Assembly: GCA_013239625.1 (NCBI GenBank)
Contig: MU053629.1
Location: 1,763,567-1,827,566, forward strand
DNA length: 64,000 bases
From: Lama guanicoe
Taxonomy: Eukaryota
Reading direction: 5' to 3'
How positions within the stretch are numbered: the stretch's first letter is position 1; each line of letters starts with the position of its first letter. Shown here one piece after another: positions 13,528 to 26,689 of the stretch. The notes under the pieces were generated by a model, which was not told the origin of the DNA, ran no database searches, and worked only from the letters and a program-made list of their open reading frames with translations. The translations under genes and the position numbers were made by a program.

Positions 13528-16149
13528 TGAGGCCTGGAGGGGACCACCCTGAAATGGGAAGAAACCTGAGGTTAGGACAGACATGTCAATTAGCACCAGC
13601 CTGAGCCTAGGTTCAAAAGCAGTTGGCCGCATGGGAGCTAATGATTCAACAATCATCCACAACCCTTGTTCCTCAAGAACAGCCTTGATGGAGAGTTTCC
13701 TCACCTGGGACTGATAATGTACTGTTCTTATTTGATTTATATTAATTCAGATCTGTTAAGGAGACAGAAAAAGAGCCCTGCTCACTCTGGATCTGTTCTG
13801 AACAAGTTCAGAGAAACAGAGTCATGGGAAACGTTCGCAGTTTGTTCTCATGAAATTTGGGTCTACTGAGAAAAGAGGCAGCTACGATGCGGGAAAAAGA
13901 GCACTCGTTTTGGAGTCAGAAGTTCCAGCTTCAAGTCCCAGTTTTGCCCGAGTAAGTCATTAAAACTGCCAAGTCTTAACTTCCTCATCTGTAAAAGGGG
14001 TTAATACTGTAAAAACCACTGCAAACCCGGACAGTATTTTGTAAACTGTAAAATGCAGTAGGAAGGTAAGGGATTATCATGCCGTCAGCTCCCTCAGGGC
14101 TGTGCCACCCAATTGTGAGTCAAGTGATTTGCAAACTCTCTCACTCATCACCCCAAGGGAAAGATGGCTGGGAGGGGTGTGACAAATTACAACAGGCAGG
14201 AGCCTGAGGCTCTTGTTGCAATGTTGCCCACAACTAGCCCTGGGAACTCATCCTTTGTCAGAGGAGCCTCAGTTCCCTCATCTGTAAAATGGAGCTAACA
14301 CTGCCCTGCCCAGGGCACCTGAGAATCACAGGACCACCCTGAGCCATGGGGAGCACTCACCACTCCACCAGAAGAGACTGTCTGCATCCTCCCCTGGGAT
14401 CCTCCTGCCCCAAGGAACTCACCCATTCCCAGACTGTCATATGCTACCCTGGACGCACCCTGAGGCCTGGGCCCAAGACTCAGCCTACAAATTACAAAGA
14501 TGAAGCCGACGACCTGTGGATACATCTTTCAAGAGGCATTAGCAAAGGCCTCTCAGAGCTCATTTTGGCTAGCGTTGGCAGCTTTTCTTCTGCCTGGCAA
14601 TCAGCTACCAACCACGCCCAGGCCCCATGAGCCCCAGGAGGCTGTTTTCACCAGGCTGGGTGGAGGCACCATTACATAAGGGCATGTCTCATCTCATCAA
14701 TGCCAAGTGGCTGAAGCTCTCCTCACTCTCAGACGCTGTATACATTTCACCCTCTTTCCTCCACCTCTGCCCCCTACAAACCAGAGCTCTGTTACCAAGA
14801 CGGCACCTGCCTCTCTCCCTTCTACCAAGGCACACACATCCCTGAAGACCTCCAGGCAGAGCTGGCCTGGCTCCCTGGCCTTACACACAGGGTCACCTGT
14901 CAACCTCCTGCCTGTCCATCACACATCCTCCTCTCTGCTTGGTCTTCCCTCTGTGCTCAGCCAGGGCCTGGCAAGTATGGAATCTGGAAAAAAGTAGGCT
15001 CCAGGAGCCCCAGTTCTAGGCTAGTCTGGGTGTATATTAGCCATGTGGCCCACAGCACATTGGCATCCTCTCTGGGACTCGGTCCCCCATCTATAAACAG
15101 AGGTGGTAACGTCTATATCGCCTACTTCACACATCCCCGTGCGGATCCACTGTGATAAGGGCATAAACTAGACAAATAAGAAGGATGATTATTACTATTA
15201 TTATTTGACCCAGGCAATTGTTTGTGTTTCTGCTCCCCACAGCCACTGAGACACCAATTCTGTTCCCTTCTGAGGAAAAGGTTTTGGGATCCTCCTGCTG
15301 AGTCGGGCTTGGCCCCCTTCACGCCCACCCCCATCCTCGCAAACCTCCTGAGACAAGCCCAGAGGGTGTCTTCTTTTTGCTGAAAAAACACTTCCAAATA
15401 AACCACTGGGGGTAGGGGTGGGGTAGCCACTGATTTCGAACAGCTAGATGGAATCAGAAACTTCCAAAAAACTCTGTTGCAGACACCCTGAGAGTGGTCC
15501 CAGGAACAGGTAAGGTCCTCCACTTGGCAAGAAGCCAGCTCCGTTTGCTATCAGCTCCCCAGCAAAACAACATGCCCCTGCCTCAGGCTCCACATCCTGG
15601 GTAACCAGGAAACGGGGGCCAGGGCAGCCCCCTAAGCTCATACTAGGCCCACCAATTTGGCCCCAACTCACCATTTTAGCATAGCCCCCTTCCCCATAAA
15701 TCCTATATTACAGTCAAATGTCGACCTTTCCCATTCCCCCTAAACTTTCACCCCTGCCACGCCTCAGCTCAAGGTGGGCCCTTTCCATGGGGGGCCCAGC
15801 CGGAGAGCCCTCCTAGCAAACTGTTCCCTTCCTGCAAAGCCAGGCTCAAACGCTACCAACTCTATGAGGCTCCAGGACCCTTTCTCTTGCCAAAACAGAT
15901 GAAAATTCTCCTCCTGTTTAAATTCCTAAAGAGGGCTCTTTACACATTTTTAGGGTTAGGGCTTATCACATTCCAGCTCATAGAATCTACGTCTACTTGT
16001 AACCCAGAAAGAGCACAGATCCTGCAATCACACAGGCCTGGGCTCGAATCCCAGCTCTGCCACTTACTAGCACACACTGAGCACAGGACGACTTTTGTGA
16101 GCTTCAAATTACCTCCACAGAATATGAGTCCAGACAGTGCCTAGCGTTG

Positions 16150-16720
16150 GTGAATATGCAGAGCAACTCGAGACCTCTCGAACACTGCTAGGGAGAGTGT
16201 TCCCTGGGACAACTACTTTGGAAAACTGCTAGGCAGTTTCTGTGGACACACCTAAGAGAAATGCACGTAGAGGTTTTTCCAAAATGGTCCACATTAGGAT
16301 GGTCACGACAGCACTATTAGTAATAGCTGAAAAATGGAAACAACCAAATAGCCATCAATAGAAGAATGGATAAATTGAGTTGTACCCCTACAATGAAACT
16401 ATTACACAACACAAATTTAATTATGAAAATAATTAAACTACTGCTACCTGCAATAACATGGATGAAACTCACAAACAAAACATTGAATGAAAGAAACCAG
16501 ACACAAGAAACGACGGACTATGTGATTTCACTTAGGTCAAACAAATCCGCGGTGCTAGAAGTCAGAACAGCGGTTACATCTGGGTAGGGGGTTGTGCCTG
16601 GAAGGGGACGAAAGGGGGTTTCCGTGTGCCAACAATGCTTTCTTGACCTGGCTGGTGGTTACATGGATATATAGCATGTACACTTATTTTGTATGCAATT
16701 AAAATTTTACATAATAAAAA
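16150..16720 (+). mobile_element. Old L1ME-like 3' fragment
   Basis: AATGGAAACAACCAAATAGCCATCAATAGAAGAATGGATAAATTG and AACATGGATGAAACTCACAAAC motifs. Confidence 0.8.
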
Positions 16721-18959
16721 AATGAGTCTAACATCTACTTTACGGGACAAAGGAGATAACATATGTAGAAAGTCTTTAATCTGTCCTTGGATGGTTCCCA
16801 CAAATTCCTTCCCTCCTGCCTATTGTCTTGGAGCCTCATGAGGGCAGGAGTTGTGACATCCTCACCTCTGACCCCTTGTGGTAGCTGGTATACAGCAGGC
16901 ACTCCACAAACATTGGTCGATTTAAATTTAGCGCCCCAGCCGTCCTTCTCAAGGCTGCTGCTCAGAAAGCCCATCAGGAAAAAACAGCTAAAGCCCCTTC
17001 ATGACATCTCTCCCCAAGATGAACCTGCATTTTTGCACTTCACGCAAACATAAAAGTAAAGGGGAGACACTGATGGGGGGATTATAGTCACCACCTAGGA
17101 CCCAGAGGCACAGGTACTTTTCTGGCCCTGAAATGATGAAACTACATGACAGAGGGCACAGATACAACTTTTGGCCGGAGGCCCAGGCCATCAGCTCCAG
17201 ACATTCCCAGGATGAGGCCATCTCCACACTCACATTTCTCTTAATGGGATCCCTAGAATTCACATTCCTGCCTCCAGCCCTAACACTAGGCAACACTGCT
17301 GAAGGTCAACACAGATTTCCCAGAACCTCACAAAAAGAGACTTCGAAGAACTCCTAGGGGATTTTTCGACTCTGCTCAGGAGCCACCAGCATGAGGAAGG
17401 GGAGTCAGAGGAGTTCCATTTTATCTACACTAGATGTTGGGTTCTGTGTAAAAAGTTGGGTGAGAGGAGTGTAAAACCACTGCTGTCTGGTCAAACCCAC
17501 TTCTTTTACAAAAGGAGGAAACTGAGGTCCACACAGGGGAAGGGACTTGCTAAAAGTCACACAGCTAGTCCACTCCAGTGGCTCTTCCCCTGGCTTCTGT
17601 TAACAGCGCCCTTAATCCTCCAATGGTGGTACCAGGGTTGGGAAGTCAGGGGTCTCCTGAGGAACAGACAACCTAGGAAGTTGTCTCCAGGGTTGGAGGA
17701 TCATCCCAGAGGGAACTTTCACCCACTTGCCCCACAGGCCCAGCTCTCTCTGCTGAACTCTCAGACATCCTCACCCAGGGCGAGTCTGTGAAATGGGATC
17801 ATAATTGTCCCCGTTCACCTGTTAAGAACCATCACATCCAGGCTCTGAGGAGCCTGCCAGTGGAAGGGGGCGGGGGGCAGCCGGCATTACAGAGCCCTTC
17901 CATGCATTGGAGGCTTTGACCACCCCAATCTCTGATGAGGAAGTTGGAGCTCCGAGAAAATCAGCCAGCTAACTAAGTTGACACGAGAAAACTCTCTTTG
18001 TGGTAAAGGTCCAGCTCCCCTGGGCAGCCTGCTTGTTCACCTCATCTAACAACCAGAGGGGCCTTAGGGAGGTGGTCAGTGTCAGTTCAGGTCTGGTTCC
18101 TGCCAGTGGGAAACTTGTCCCAGACCAGCATACACTCACCCACATCCACACACCACTGTGCCCCCTGCCCAAGTCTCTCCCAAAGCTGCTGAATGGGAGC
18201 CACTTCCGGTGCTGAAAACACATCTTGGGAGATGGGTGGTTCAGGGAAGAACAGGACTCTGGAAGTAACTGTGAAGTGGCCAAGGTGTCAGTATCCCTGT
18301 CACCACGACTCTCTCAGGAATACCTCACACGGAGGCAGCTGAGAAACACAGGGTCAGAAACCACAGCAGCCTTCCAGCGGATTATAGAATACAAGGTGTC
18401 AGGGGCTGTGCTCTCTTCACCTGCCTCCAGGGACCTTCCCACCTGCCACTGAGGCAGCCAGGCATGTATCCTCTCTTCCCATGTGCACTCCTAATCTACC
18501 ACGACCTGCGTGGCCTCAATGCCCACCCCTCCGAGCCTCCTCTCTTCCTAAAGTGAAGACACTCATGTGCACCTTGCAGAGATACAGTGAGGATTAGCCA
18601 GACCCGCTCATGCTGTGAGACGTGCACAATGCCGGGCCCAGACTCGGGTCAACTGTCGACAGCACCCCGCAGACCGTCTGGCTGTTCCCATGCCCACCCT
18701 AACTCTGCCCAGGCCGGGTTCGCGACAGGGGGGACCACAGCTTCTTTTCGCCACATAGACAGCTGACTGGATACGGAGCAGCCTCCTCGCACCGCTTCCT
18801 CACATAAGGGGGAGAAGGAGGTATGCGAGGCGGCTGATGCTGAGAGGACCTGGCCCCTCTCCTCTGGGAAACCTCGGGTGCTCCCTCCCGTCAGGGGGTC
18901 CTAACTTGATGGAAGTCTGCCTCCCAGCTCCTCCCGAGGCGCCAGGTCTCTGACTGCCG

Positions 18960-19570
18960 CTCCCACCCGGTCCCTCGGGTCACAGTGCCAGATTTTGGAG
19001 CGCGCCCTGAGGCGCAGCGGGTTCCAGTCAGAGCCAGAGCCGGAGCTCCCAAGGCCAAGGCCGGCCATACCCCGGGGGCGCCGTCAAGGACCGGGCGACT
19101 GACTTGGGGACACGAGGGAGCGCCCCGGAGCAATTCGCCCCCGCCAGCCCCCGCCCCGGGCCGCGCGCCCCGTCCCGCCCGTCGAGCCCGCGGACCGGCG
19201 CTACTCACGGCGGGAAGCTGTGCGGCGGCGGGCGCGGGGGCCACGGGGGGCGCGTCTGGGCGCGCGGCGCGCGGCTCGGCTCTGCTCCGCTCCCTGCGCG
19301 CCCGGCGCCCGCCCGCCCGCAGAGCCGCTGTGGAGCCGAGGGGGCGGAGCGGCCGGCCCCGTCCCAGGCGCCGGCTGGAGGCGCGCCCCGAGGCCCGAGA
19401 CGGGGTTCGGGGCGCCCTCTGCTGGGAGCCCCCTCGGGACAGTCCCCGGCTGAGGGCAGAGAGCCTCCGGCCTCCTCGGGCTGGCCACCTCCGGGCCCCT
19501 GAAGTTCCCAGGAAAAAGGGCGAGAACCAGTGACAAGACCTCCAGGGCGTCTTTATGAGCTCGGCCGCTC
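18960..19570. promoter_or_regulatory. CpG island / DAPK2 promoter
   Basis: Very GC- and CpG-dense stretch with several GC boxes (CCGCCC) and G-runs, surrounding the putative first exon. Confidence 0.85.
19209..19330 (-). other. DAPK2: DAPK2 non-coding first exon (5' boundary approximate)
   Basis: Lies in a CpG island 5.7 kb upstream of the coding exon. Ends ...CTTCCCGCC|GTGAGT with the donor at 19208. The coding exon has its own acceptor, so an upstream exon is required. Confidence 0.75.
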
Positions 19571-20702
19571 ACCTGCTGTGTGGCCTTGGGTGAGTCAGCT
19601 AACCTCTCCAAACCTTATCTGGAAACGGATTTAAATGAGCAGATGCAATTGATATAGCCTGGCAGGATCACTCAGAAAGTGGTATTTTCTAGTCCCCCGC
19701 TCTCACACAAACACCGTGAGAGAGGAAGTCTCACCAGGGACTAGGCCACTTCCTCCCTCCCAGCCAGAATGCTGCGACAATGCACAGATTCTTCTGGGAA
19801 CCTCACCATCCACTGTTCACAGTGGGGTGGAGACCGTGATGGGGAGGGACACTCCCCTCCTTACCACTCCACCCCATCCCCTCACCACCCCCACCCCTGC
19901 TTGGAAGCAGCCTGGCCTCCGTGCCCCCAGCCCTGCTTGGCGCGGTTGGTTGAGTGAAGCCTCACATTACCATCAAGCCTCCCCTAATGAAAGACTTCCA
20001 AAAATCCCGGGAGGAAAAAGAAATGAGAGTGGAGGGGGCGGTGGGAGGAAGGAAGTGGAAACAGAATTCCAGCCAAGTTCATTTCAAGAGGCTGTTTAGG
20101 GAAAGGAAATGAAGGTCCCTTCCCAAAGCCTCCATCCCTAAGTTATCCAGGGACCTCTCAAGCCAGTCTTAGAGGAAAGAGCATCAGACTCAGTCATTTG
20201 GTCCAAAGCTCTGCCCTGCCGTCTGGGGTGTGAGTGTAGTCTTGGGCATGGCACCTGAACTTGTTCTTCACCAGCAAAGCCAGCATACACCCCTCCTTAC
20301 ATCATCTAATGGAGGATTGAAACGAGTTAGAGGGTGTAAGATGCACCTAGAGGACCTCTACCTGTGTGAGTGAGCAACGTTCCATCCCTGCTTTAGCCTT
20401 TCCAGATACTGGGCTATTTTCAAGTCCAGATGAACCAGCCTTCCTCTGACCCCCTCCCCACCAGCTGACTGGTACCTGAGCATCTGCGATAGCCTCTGGA
20501 GAAATCCCACTGCCTCCTCATTTATAAAATTGACAACATCCCAGGCAGTGCAGGCTCTGAGCCACCTCTTCCAAGAGCACGAGGCTACCTTGAGTAGAGT
20601 TGTGTCCAAGAACAGAGAAGGCTTTCCAAGTCAGTGACCACTAGTGAGGCTTCACCAGCATAGGGAGGCTCTTCATCCTCAGACCACCCTCAAAACAGCC
20701 CC

Positions 20703-21005
20703 ATTTCGGTTATTTTTTGCTGTGTAACAAACCACCCCAGCCTTGGTGGCATGAAGCAATAATTTTGTTAGACTCACATACTGAGGGTCAGAAAGGCAGA
20801 GAGTGTGCAGCACATATGGCTTACCTCTGCTCCACATGCCTGGGGCTTCACTTGGGAAGACTTGAGTGGTTGGGAGTGACTTGAATCCCTGGGGGCTGGA
20901 ATCCTCTGGAGGCTTCTTCATTCACATGGCTGGTGCCTGGGCGATGATGAATCCAAGGCTGGGCTCAGGAAAGGCTTCTGGAACAGCTGCATGTAGCCTC
21001 TCCAT
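20703..21005 (-). mobile_element. Partial MLT1-like LTR
   Basis: TGCTGTGTAACAAACCACCCC...GGGCTGGAATCCTCTGGAGGCTTCTTCATTCACATG motifs. Confidence 0.72.
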
Positions 21006-24000
21006 CCCTTCCCCTCTGAGCTTATGCTTAATATTTAATTTACAGCAGCAGCATCCCCTTGCCCAAGGCAAAACAGACATTCTTGGGTTTGACCCACAGC
21101 AAACTAGTCAAAGAATGACACAGCTGGAAGGGTCACTGTCAATCATCTCATCCAGCTGAGGAAAACTGAGGCTCAGAGAAGAGATGTGACTTGCCCAAGG
21201 TCACATAGCTGGTGCGAGCCAGAGCTAAGATTAGAACCAGCTCCGCTCCCAATTCTCAGTCTGATACTCTTTCCACTGTACCTGCCCAGTTCAATAGCTC
21301 AGGAAGGTACCATGTGGAAATGCATTTTATGCTTGAGGTGGACTGCCTCACCTGAGAGCAGCGACAGACTACTGAGCACTGAACACAGGGCCAAGGCAGC
21401 AGTGGGCAGAGAAGGGGAGACCCCAAGGGTGGTGGCAGCAAGGACACCTACTCCAGAATGAAGCCAGATGGAGGCCCAGGTATGAAGAGCTAAGAATTAT
21501 GCACCCCAGCCTCAGCTCCTGCATTGTTCCCACAGCTGACCAAACAGAGTCCAAATGCCTGTCCTGGCATTTAAGGCTCCACCCTGCATGTCCCCACCAT
21601 GCACATACATCCTCTTCCCTCATATGTGTGCACATCCAGCCCTTTTGCCATCTTGGATTACTAGCCATTCTTGCCTCCATGCTTTTGTTTAAGCCATTCT
21701 GCACCACCCCCTCATCCTACCCTTCAAAAATCCTATCCTCAAGTGCCCTCTTGGGTATCTTGTCTCCCTTGGAAACTTCCCTGATCTGCCCTCTAGATGG
21801 CTTTCTCCCCTGAACCCTCCCACTCTTGTTTTTTACCTAACTGGCATTCCCCTTCCTCTATTTTAGTTGTAATTAGCATCCACGTCTCTTTCCCTCAAGG
21901 GCAAGGAGAATGCCTTGTTCACCTTTATACCTGTACAGTGCCTAATATCCCCAACCCGCTATGCCTGTTAAATTGAATTAATAGAATATATGTGCCACAA
22001 GGTAAGGGATCATGACTGTCTTGTTATCTACTGTCCCCCAAGGGCACCCGAGTACCTGGCACTTAGAAATCATATGTTGGATGGAGAGATGTATAATTGA
22101 TGTTAATAACTGCCACGTATTACATTACAGGGGTTCTCAGCCCGGAATGCACATCAGAATCGCTCTGGGAGTGTTTAAAATTCCTCATGCTCACACTGCA
22201 CCGCACACCAATTACATCAGAACCTCTGGGAGTGGGGGCTGGGCATCAGTAGTGGTTAAAACTCCCCAGGTGGCTCCAATGTACAGGTAGAGGACCCTTT
22301 GTTTATGTCCCAGAGACCGAGGGAAATGAAAGCATCCTCCATCAACCCACCAAACAGCAAGCACACCAGAGCACCTGCTCTGTGCAAGACCCTCCATGGG
22401 CCTGTGAGACAGGTGAGCCACAGGAGCCTGAAGCTTCCACAGGACCAGCAGACAAGCCCTCAGGGAAGATGTCACCGTGGTGAGCAGTAAAGGGCAACGA
22501 AAGTGGTGATATCCTCAAGCACACTTTGGTGCCCGGCAAGTTTAGGGAACTTACTAGCCTGCCAGTGGGGAAGCAGGGACAGGATTAAGATGCTGAATGT
22601 GCGGGCCAGGGCTGCCGGCACTGGGGTGGGCATAGAGGATGCATAGTACGAGGGCTAAATGCAGGGACTCCAGTGCCAGGTGCCTAGCGTGGATCTCAAC
22701 ACACAACCCACTGTGTAATCCCAGCTTCTTGATCTCTCTGTGCCTCAGTATCCCCTGGGTTATTGTGACCATTGCATTAGCTGTGAATACGTGTGGACTT
22801 AGATCTGTCTGGCACATGGTGTTCAATGAGTATTGGTATGTTTATCGTTCCCTAAATGTCTAGTGTGAGCTCCCCTAGAGGAGGAAATGGATCTTACTCG
22901 TCTTTATACCCCGCCCATCTCCAGCCTGGCCCTGAGCAGGTTCCGAGCAAGTGTCCAGTGAAGACTGGACTGCAGGCTTCTCGACAATGCATCCAGTGCT
23001 GACTCCTTTCTTAGACTATGAGGACAGGCCTGGAGAGGGCACAGGTGGGTTCCTCCCCAGCTGGCTCACCCACTGGGTGGAAGGCAGGCTGGAAACCTCC
23101 TCCTTCCAAAGGTGGCCTTGTGGCCTGGCTCCTCAGCCCTTCCCAGCCCTGCCCACCTTGCCCTGTGCCCTCTATTCTCCCTCGCCCAGCCAGGCAGGGT
23201 TGGGGTGTGGGGCAGGCTTGACAGCCCTTCCTGCTTCCCCTCTCTGGAGGCCCGCTGGCTCCTGCAGAGGTGACTGCTTCAACCTTTAGCCCATAGGGAT
23301 GGGGCTGGGGAGAGGAGGAGAAACAGAAAGGGGCTGGAATGTGGGAGGCCTTGCCTTTCCCTGGAAGCCCTGGAGGATGGGAAGTTCCTGGGCACATGCG
23401 CACACCCATTCACTCTGCAAACATTCAAGGGCACGCCCGCCCCTCCCCTTCCCCATCAGTGCTGGTAGAGGAGGTAGAGGCACAGTGCTGGGAAGTGTCA
23501 GCCCTACCCCAGCAGGCATATGAGGGGCCTGAGGGCAGGAGAAGCTTGATTCAGACTTGGAAGAAGAGGACCCCGAGAGGAGGAGGTGGAAGGAGGAAAG
23601 GAGGACATATTAGGTGGAAGAGGGTGTGGGTACAAAGGGCTGGGGGTCTTAAACCACTTGCCTGTACTGCCTTGACTCCCACCTGAGCCAGCACAGGGGT
23701 CACACTGTGGGATCGTGATCCAGGCATATGCTGTCTCCTTCTGTTTGGGGCAGAGGTTAGTAACACAGGCCCTGGGTGCTTGGCCAGGGACCCCAAACCT
23801 GCCCTCCTTTAGGGCTACAAATTCCACCACCTACTTCTTTAGGCTCAGGAATCAGATAGAGAAAATCCTCATTCCCCCAACCCCAGTATCCATGAGATCA
23901 CGGCCTTGGCCAATCAGGTATTTCTGCCAAGCACTTTGAACTCCAAGTGAATAATGCCAAGGTGGTCACAGCGGGCACCAGAGGCCGTGAAGACATCCTG

Positions 24001-25399
24001 AGCAGATTGCTCCAGCCTCTAGAGCCTCTGGTTCCTGCTCTTCCAGCCTCCCATCAACTCCAAGTCCCTCTAGTCTTCCAGTAAATCCCTGCGTGCTGCG
24101 AGGCTGGGAGAGACAAGGAATGTGCTCAACGCTGAAGGGCCAGGAATCAAACCAAGGCATCTTCTGCCACATCCAGTTTTCCACTTTGTTATAGAGCTTC
24201 CAACACCGGAGAGAGGTGGGTGGAATTCCTGGATAATGGTGAAGGGAGGCCCAGGGACGACAGCGTGCAGCAGGTCCAGAGAGCAACCAGTCCAGATTGG
24301 AGCAGGGGAATCTGCAGGGGAACAGAGGGCACCAGGAGTGAAGCCTCCAAGAGAAAAGCAAAAACTATCCATCAGGCAATGTGTTTTAACCTATTGAGTG
24401 GTGTTCTTTGAGAGAAAAGTTTAGGGATAGATTTACCTTAGGCGTATAGAAAAATTAAATGACTAAATGATGAAGTGACTATTAATCCTAGAAAAAAAAA
24501 CAAAATGGTGTATAAATAAGGAAATGTTCATCACAAGCCACTACAGCTCAGCTTTGAGCTATGAATAATATTCATACGTCATAATAATAGGAGTGGGGCT
24601 CAAGTGTGGGGCAGGATGGAGCAGAGGATGCTGGTTTTCAGTTATAAGACTCTTTAAGAGAATGTACATAGGTTATTTTTATTTAAAAAATTTTTTTAAA
24701 AAATAGGTGGGATGAGATTGATAGAAAAAAGGCAGGTAAAATCACAGCTGAACATATCAGAGTTCATATTCTTCATAGTCACGAATAATAACCAAGCACT
24801 TACTATACACTGATCACTATGTTGTTATAATCCCCATTTTACAGCTGAGATTTAGTGAGACTCACAGAGCTAACATGTAGCAGAGATGGGATTTAAACCC
24901 AGGTAGTCTAAGTCCAGAGCCCCAACTGTGCTGCAAAGCTCTAAGCTCTGCACGGACTGTTAGAAAGAGCAGAAGTGGCGAAGGTGGAGGGAGTGCAGTG
25001 TGACCAGGATAATTCACGAAGTGCCCGCATCAGGCACAGCAGGGCCAGTAGGCTCCTCCCCCTACTTTCCCACTTAACACTGGCCAGAGGACACAGCTTT
25101 GGATTTGAGATAAACCCTGAGTGAGAGTATCTCTGTGAAGAACAACCTGACTAGGGAAGCATCCTAGTGAGGGTGATGGGGGCCCTCGCAAGTAGAGCAG
25201 AGGTAACTCTTACCCTCCATGAGAGACACGGGGCAGAAAAGGAAAGACAGCTCCATCTAGCGGCGAAATATACAATCGCACTTCATGCTCAGAGTAAAAC
25301 TTTTTTTTTTTTTTTTGGCAGTTTGTCCCCAGACTGCATGATTCCCACCCAGTCCCCAATAGGAACGCTAGACCAACAATACACCCAACCTACTTACAC

Positions 25400-25900
25400 A
25401 GCTCATAAACTGAAAAATAAAGAAGTCTCCCAAAACAGAACAAAAAGACAAAAATATGGGGAAATATGGAGAAGCGTTCAGAGGCATAGAGAACAGATCT
25501 AAAAAGTCAACATTAGTCTAAAATTAGTATTAGGAGAAAAGAGAGCAAATTAAAAGGAAGAAATAGTAAAAGAAATATGAGAAGAAAATTATCGTTGGCT
25601 AAAAAATCAAATAAATAAAAAATCTTCAGACTAAAGGAACCCACCAAGTGCCAAGCGGGGTTAGTGAAAAAAAGGTCTATACCTAGGCATATAATAATGA
25701 AATTTAAATTTAAATTTCATTATTATATGCCTAGTAATAAAGAGAAAAATCCTAAAAGAACTCAGAGGGGAACAAGCACCTTGCCTCAAGAAGGATACAA
25801 ATTAGACCAACAAAAGACTTCTCACTTCTCAAACCAAATTGTCCACTAAGTATGAGAGTAAAATGAAGCATTTTTACAAAAGGGCTTAGAAATTTTACCA
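25400..25900 (+). mobile_element. Degenerate L1 ORF1 remnant
   Basis: Translation KKRSIPRHIIMKF resembles the L1 ORF1p PRHII motif; A-rich. Confidence 0.65.
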
Positions 25901-26689
25901 CACACATCTAATAACAAAAAAATTACTCTAGAAGTGTAAAACTGTTTAAAGTATCCAAGACAGACAATGCCAGTGTATAAGAAATAGCTTGAGCAAAAGA
26001 TGACCCAGAAAAATGGAATACAACTGGAAAGAAAATTAGAGAATTCTTTAGGGACTGGCCCTTGAAAGATTCTCAGTCAAGCTGCCAAATTTTGATGACA
26101 CGGGATTCTATTTTCTTCTTTATGCACCCAATACTGCTTGTTCAGAAGTCTTAGAATCACCAGACCCCTTAAATTTAGGGATTCAGAATTTTGTGGGAGT
26201 ATGGCTGAGGAATGTGAATCTTTAACAAGCCCCTTAGGAGATTTCCTGTCTACACAAAAATGGGAAACCCAACACATAATTGTTTCTAATGGGAACTTAA
26301 TCATAAAGTACATCTTATTGATTGGTTTTTAATTTTTAGAAACAACCTATAAGCAAAGAATGAACTAGTTCAAGGAGAGGTACAGATCCAAATGTAATGT
26401 GATAAATCTCGACAACACAAAAAGTAATTATCTATCAAATTTGGGAAGTGGAAAGGGGAGACAAGGTAGAAGGAAGGGAATTTACTCTGGTTTTTACGAT
26501 TTTTGTAACAAAAGACTCCTAAGGGAAATGGCTGATACCAAGGCTTAGGCAGGGAGAGTACAATGTGAACCCAGAACATCTTGTGTGGAAAGTAAGAAAG
26601 TGCTCTGAATGGAAGGTAACTGCCATGTGGAGGCAGAGAGAGCCAGCTTGAAGGGGCTCCCACTGGCCAGATTTGGAATAATGTGAGTA

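Noticed and set aside
13447..13704. 85-aa ORF extending the DAPK2 exon upstream
   Set aside because: The portion beyond 13548 crosses a clear polypyrimidine/AG acceptor and is intronic.
18891..19611. Several overlapping Arg/Pro/Gly/Ala-rich ORFs
   Set aside because: Stop-codon depletion in a CpG island explains them; there is no protein-family signal.
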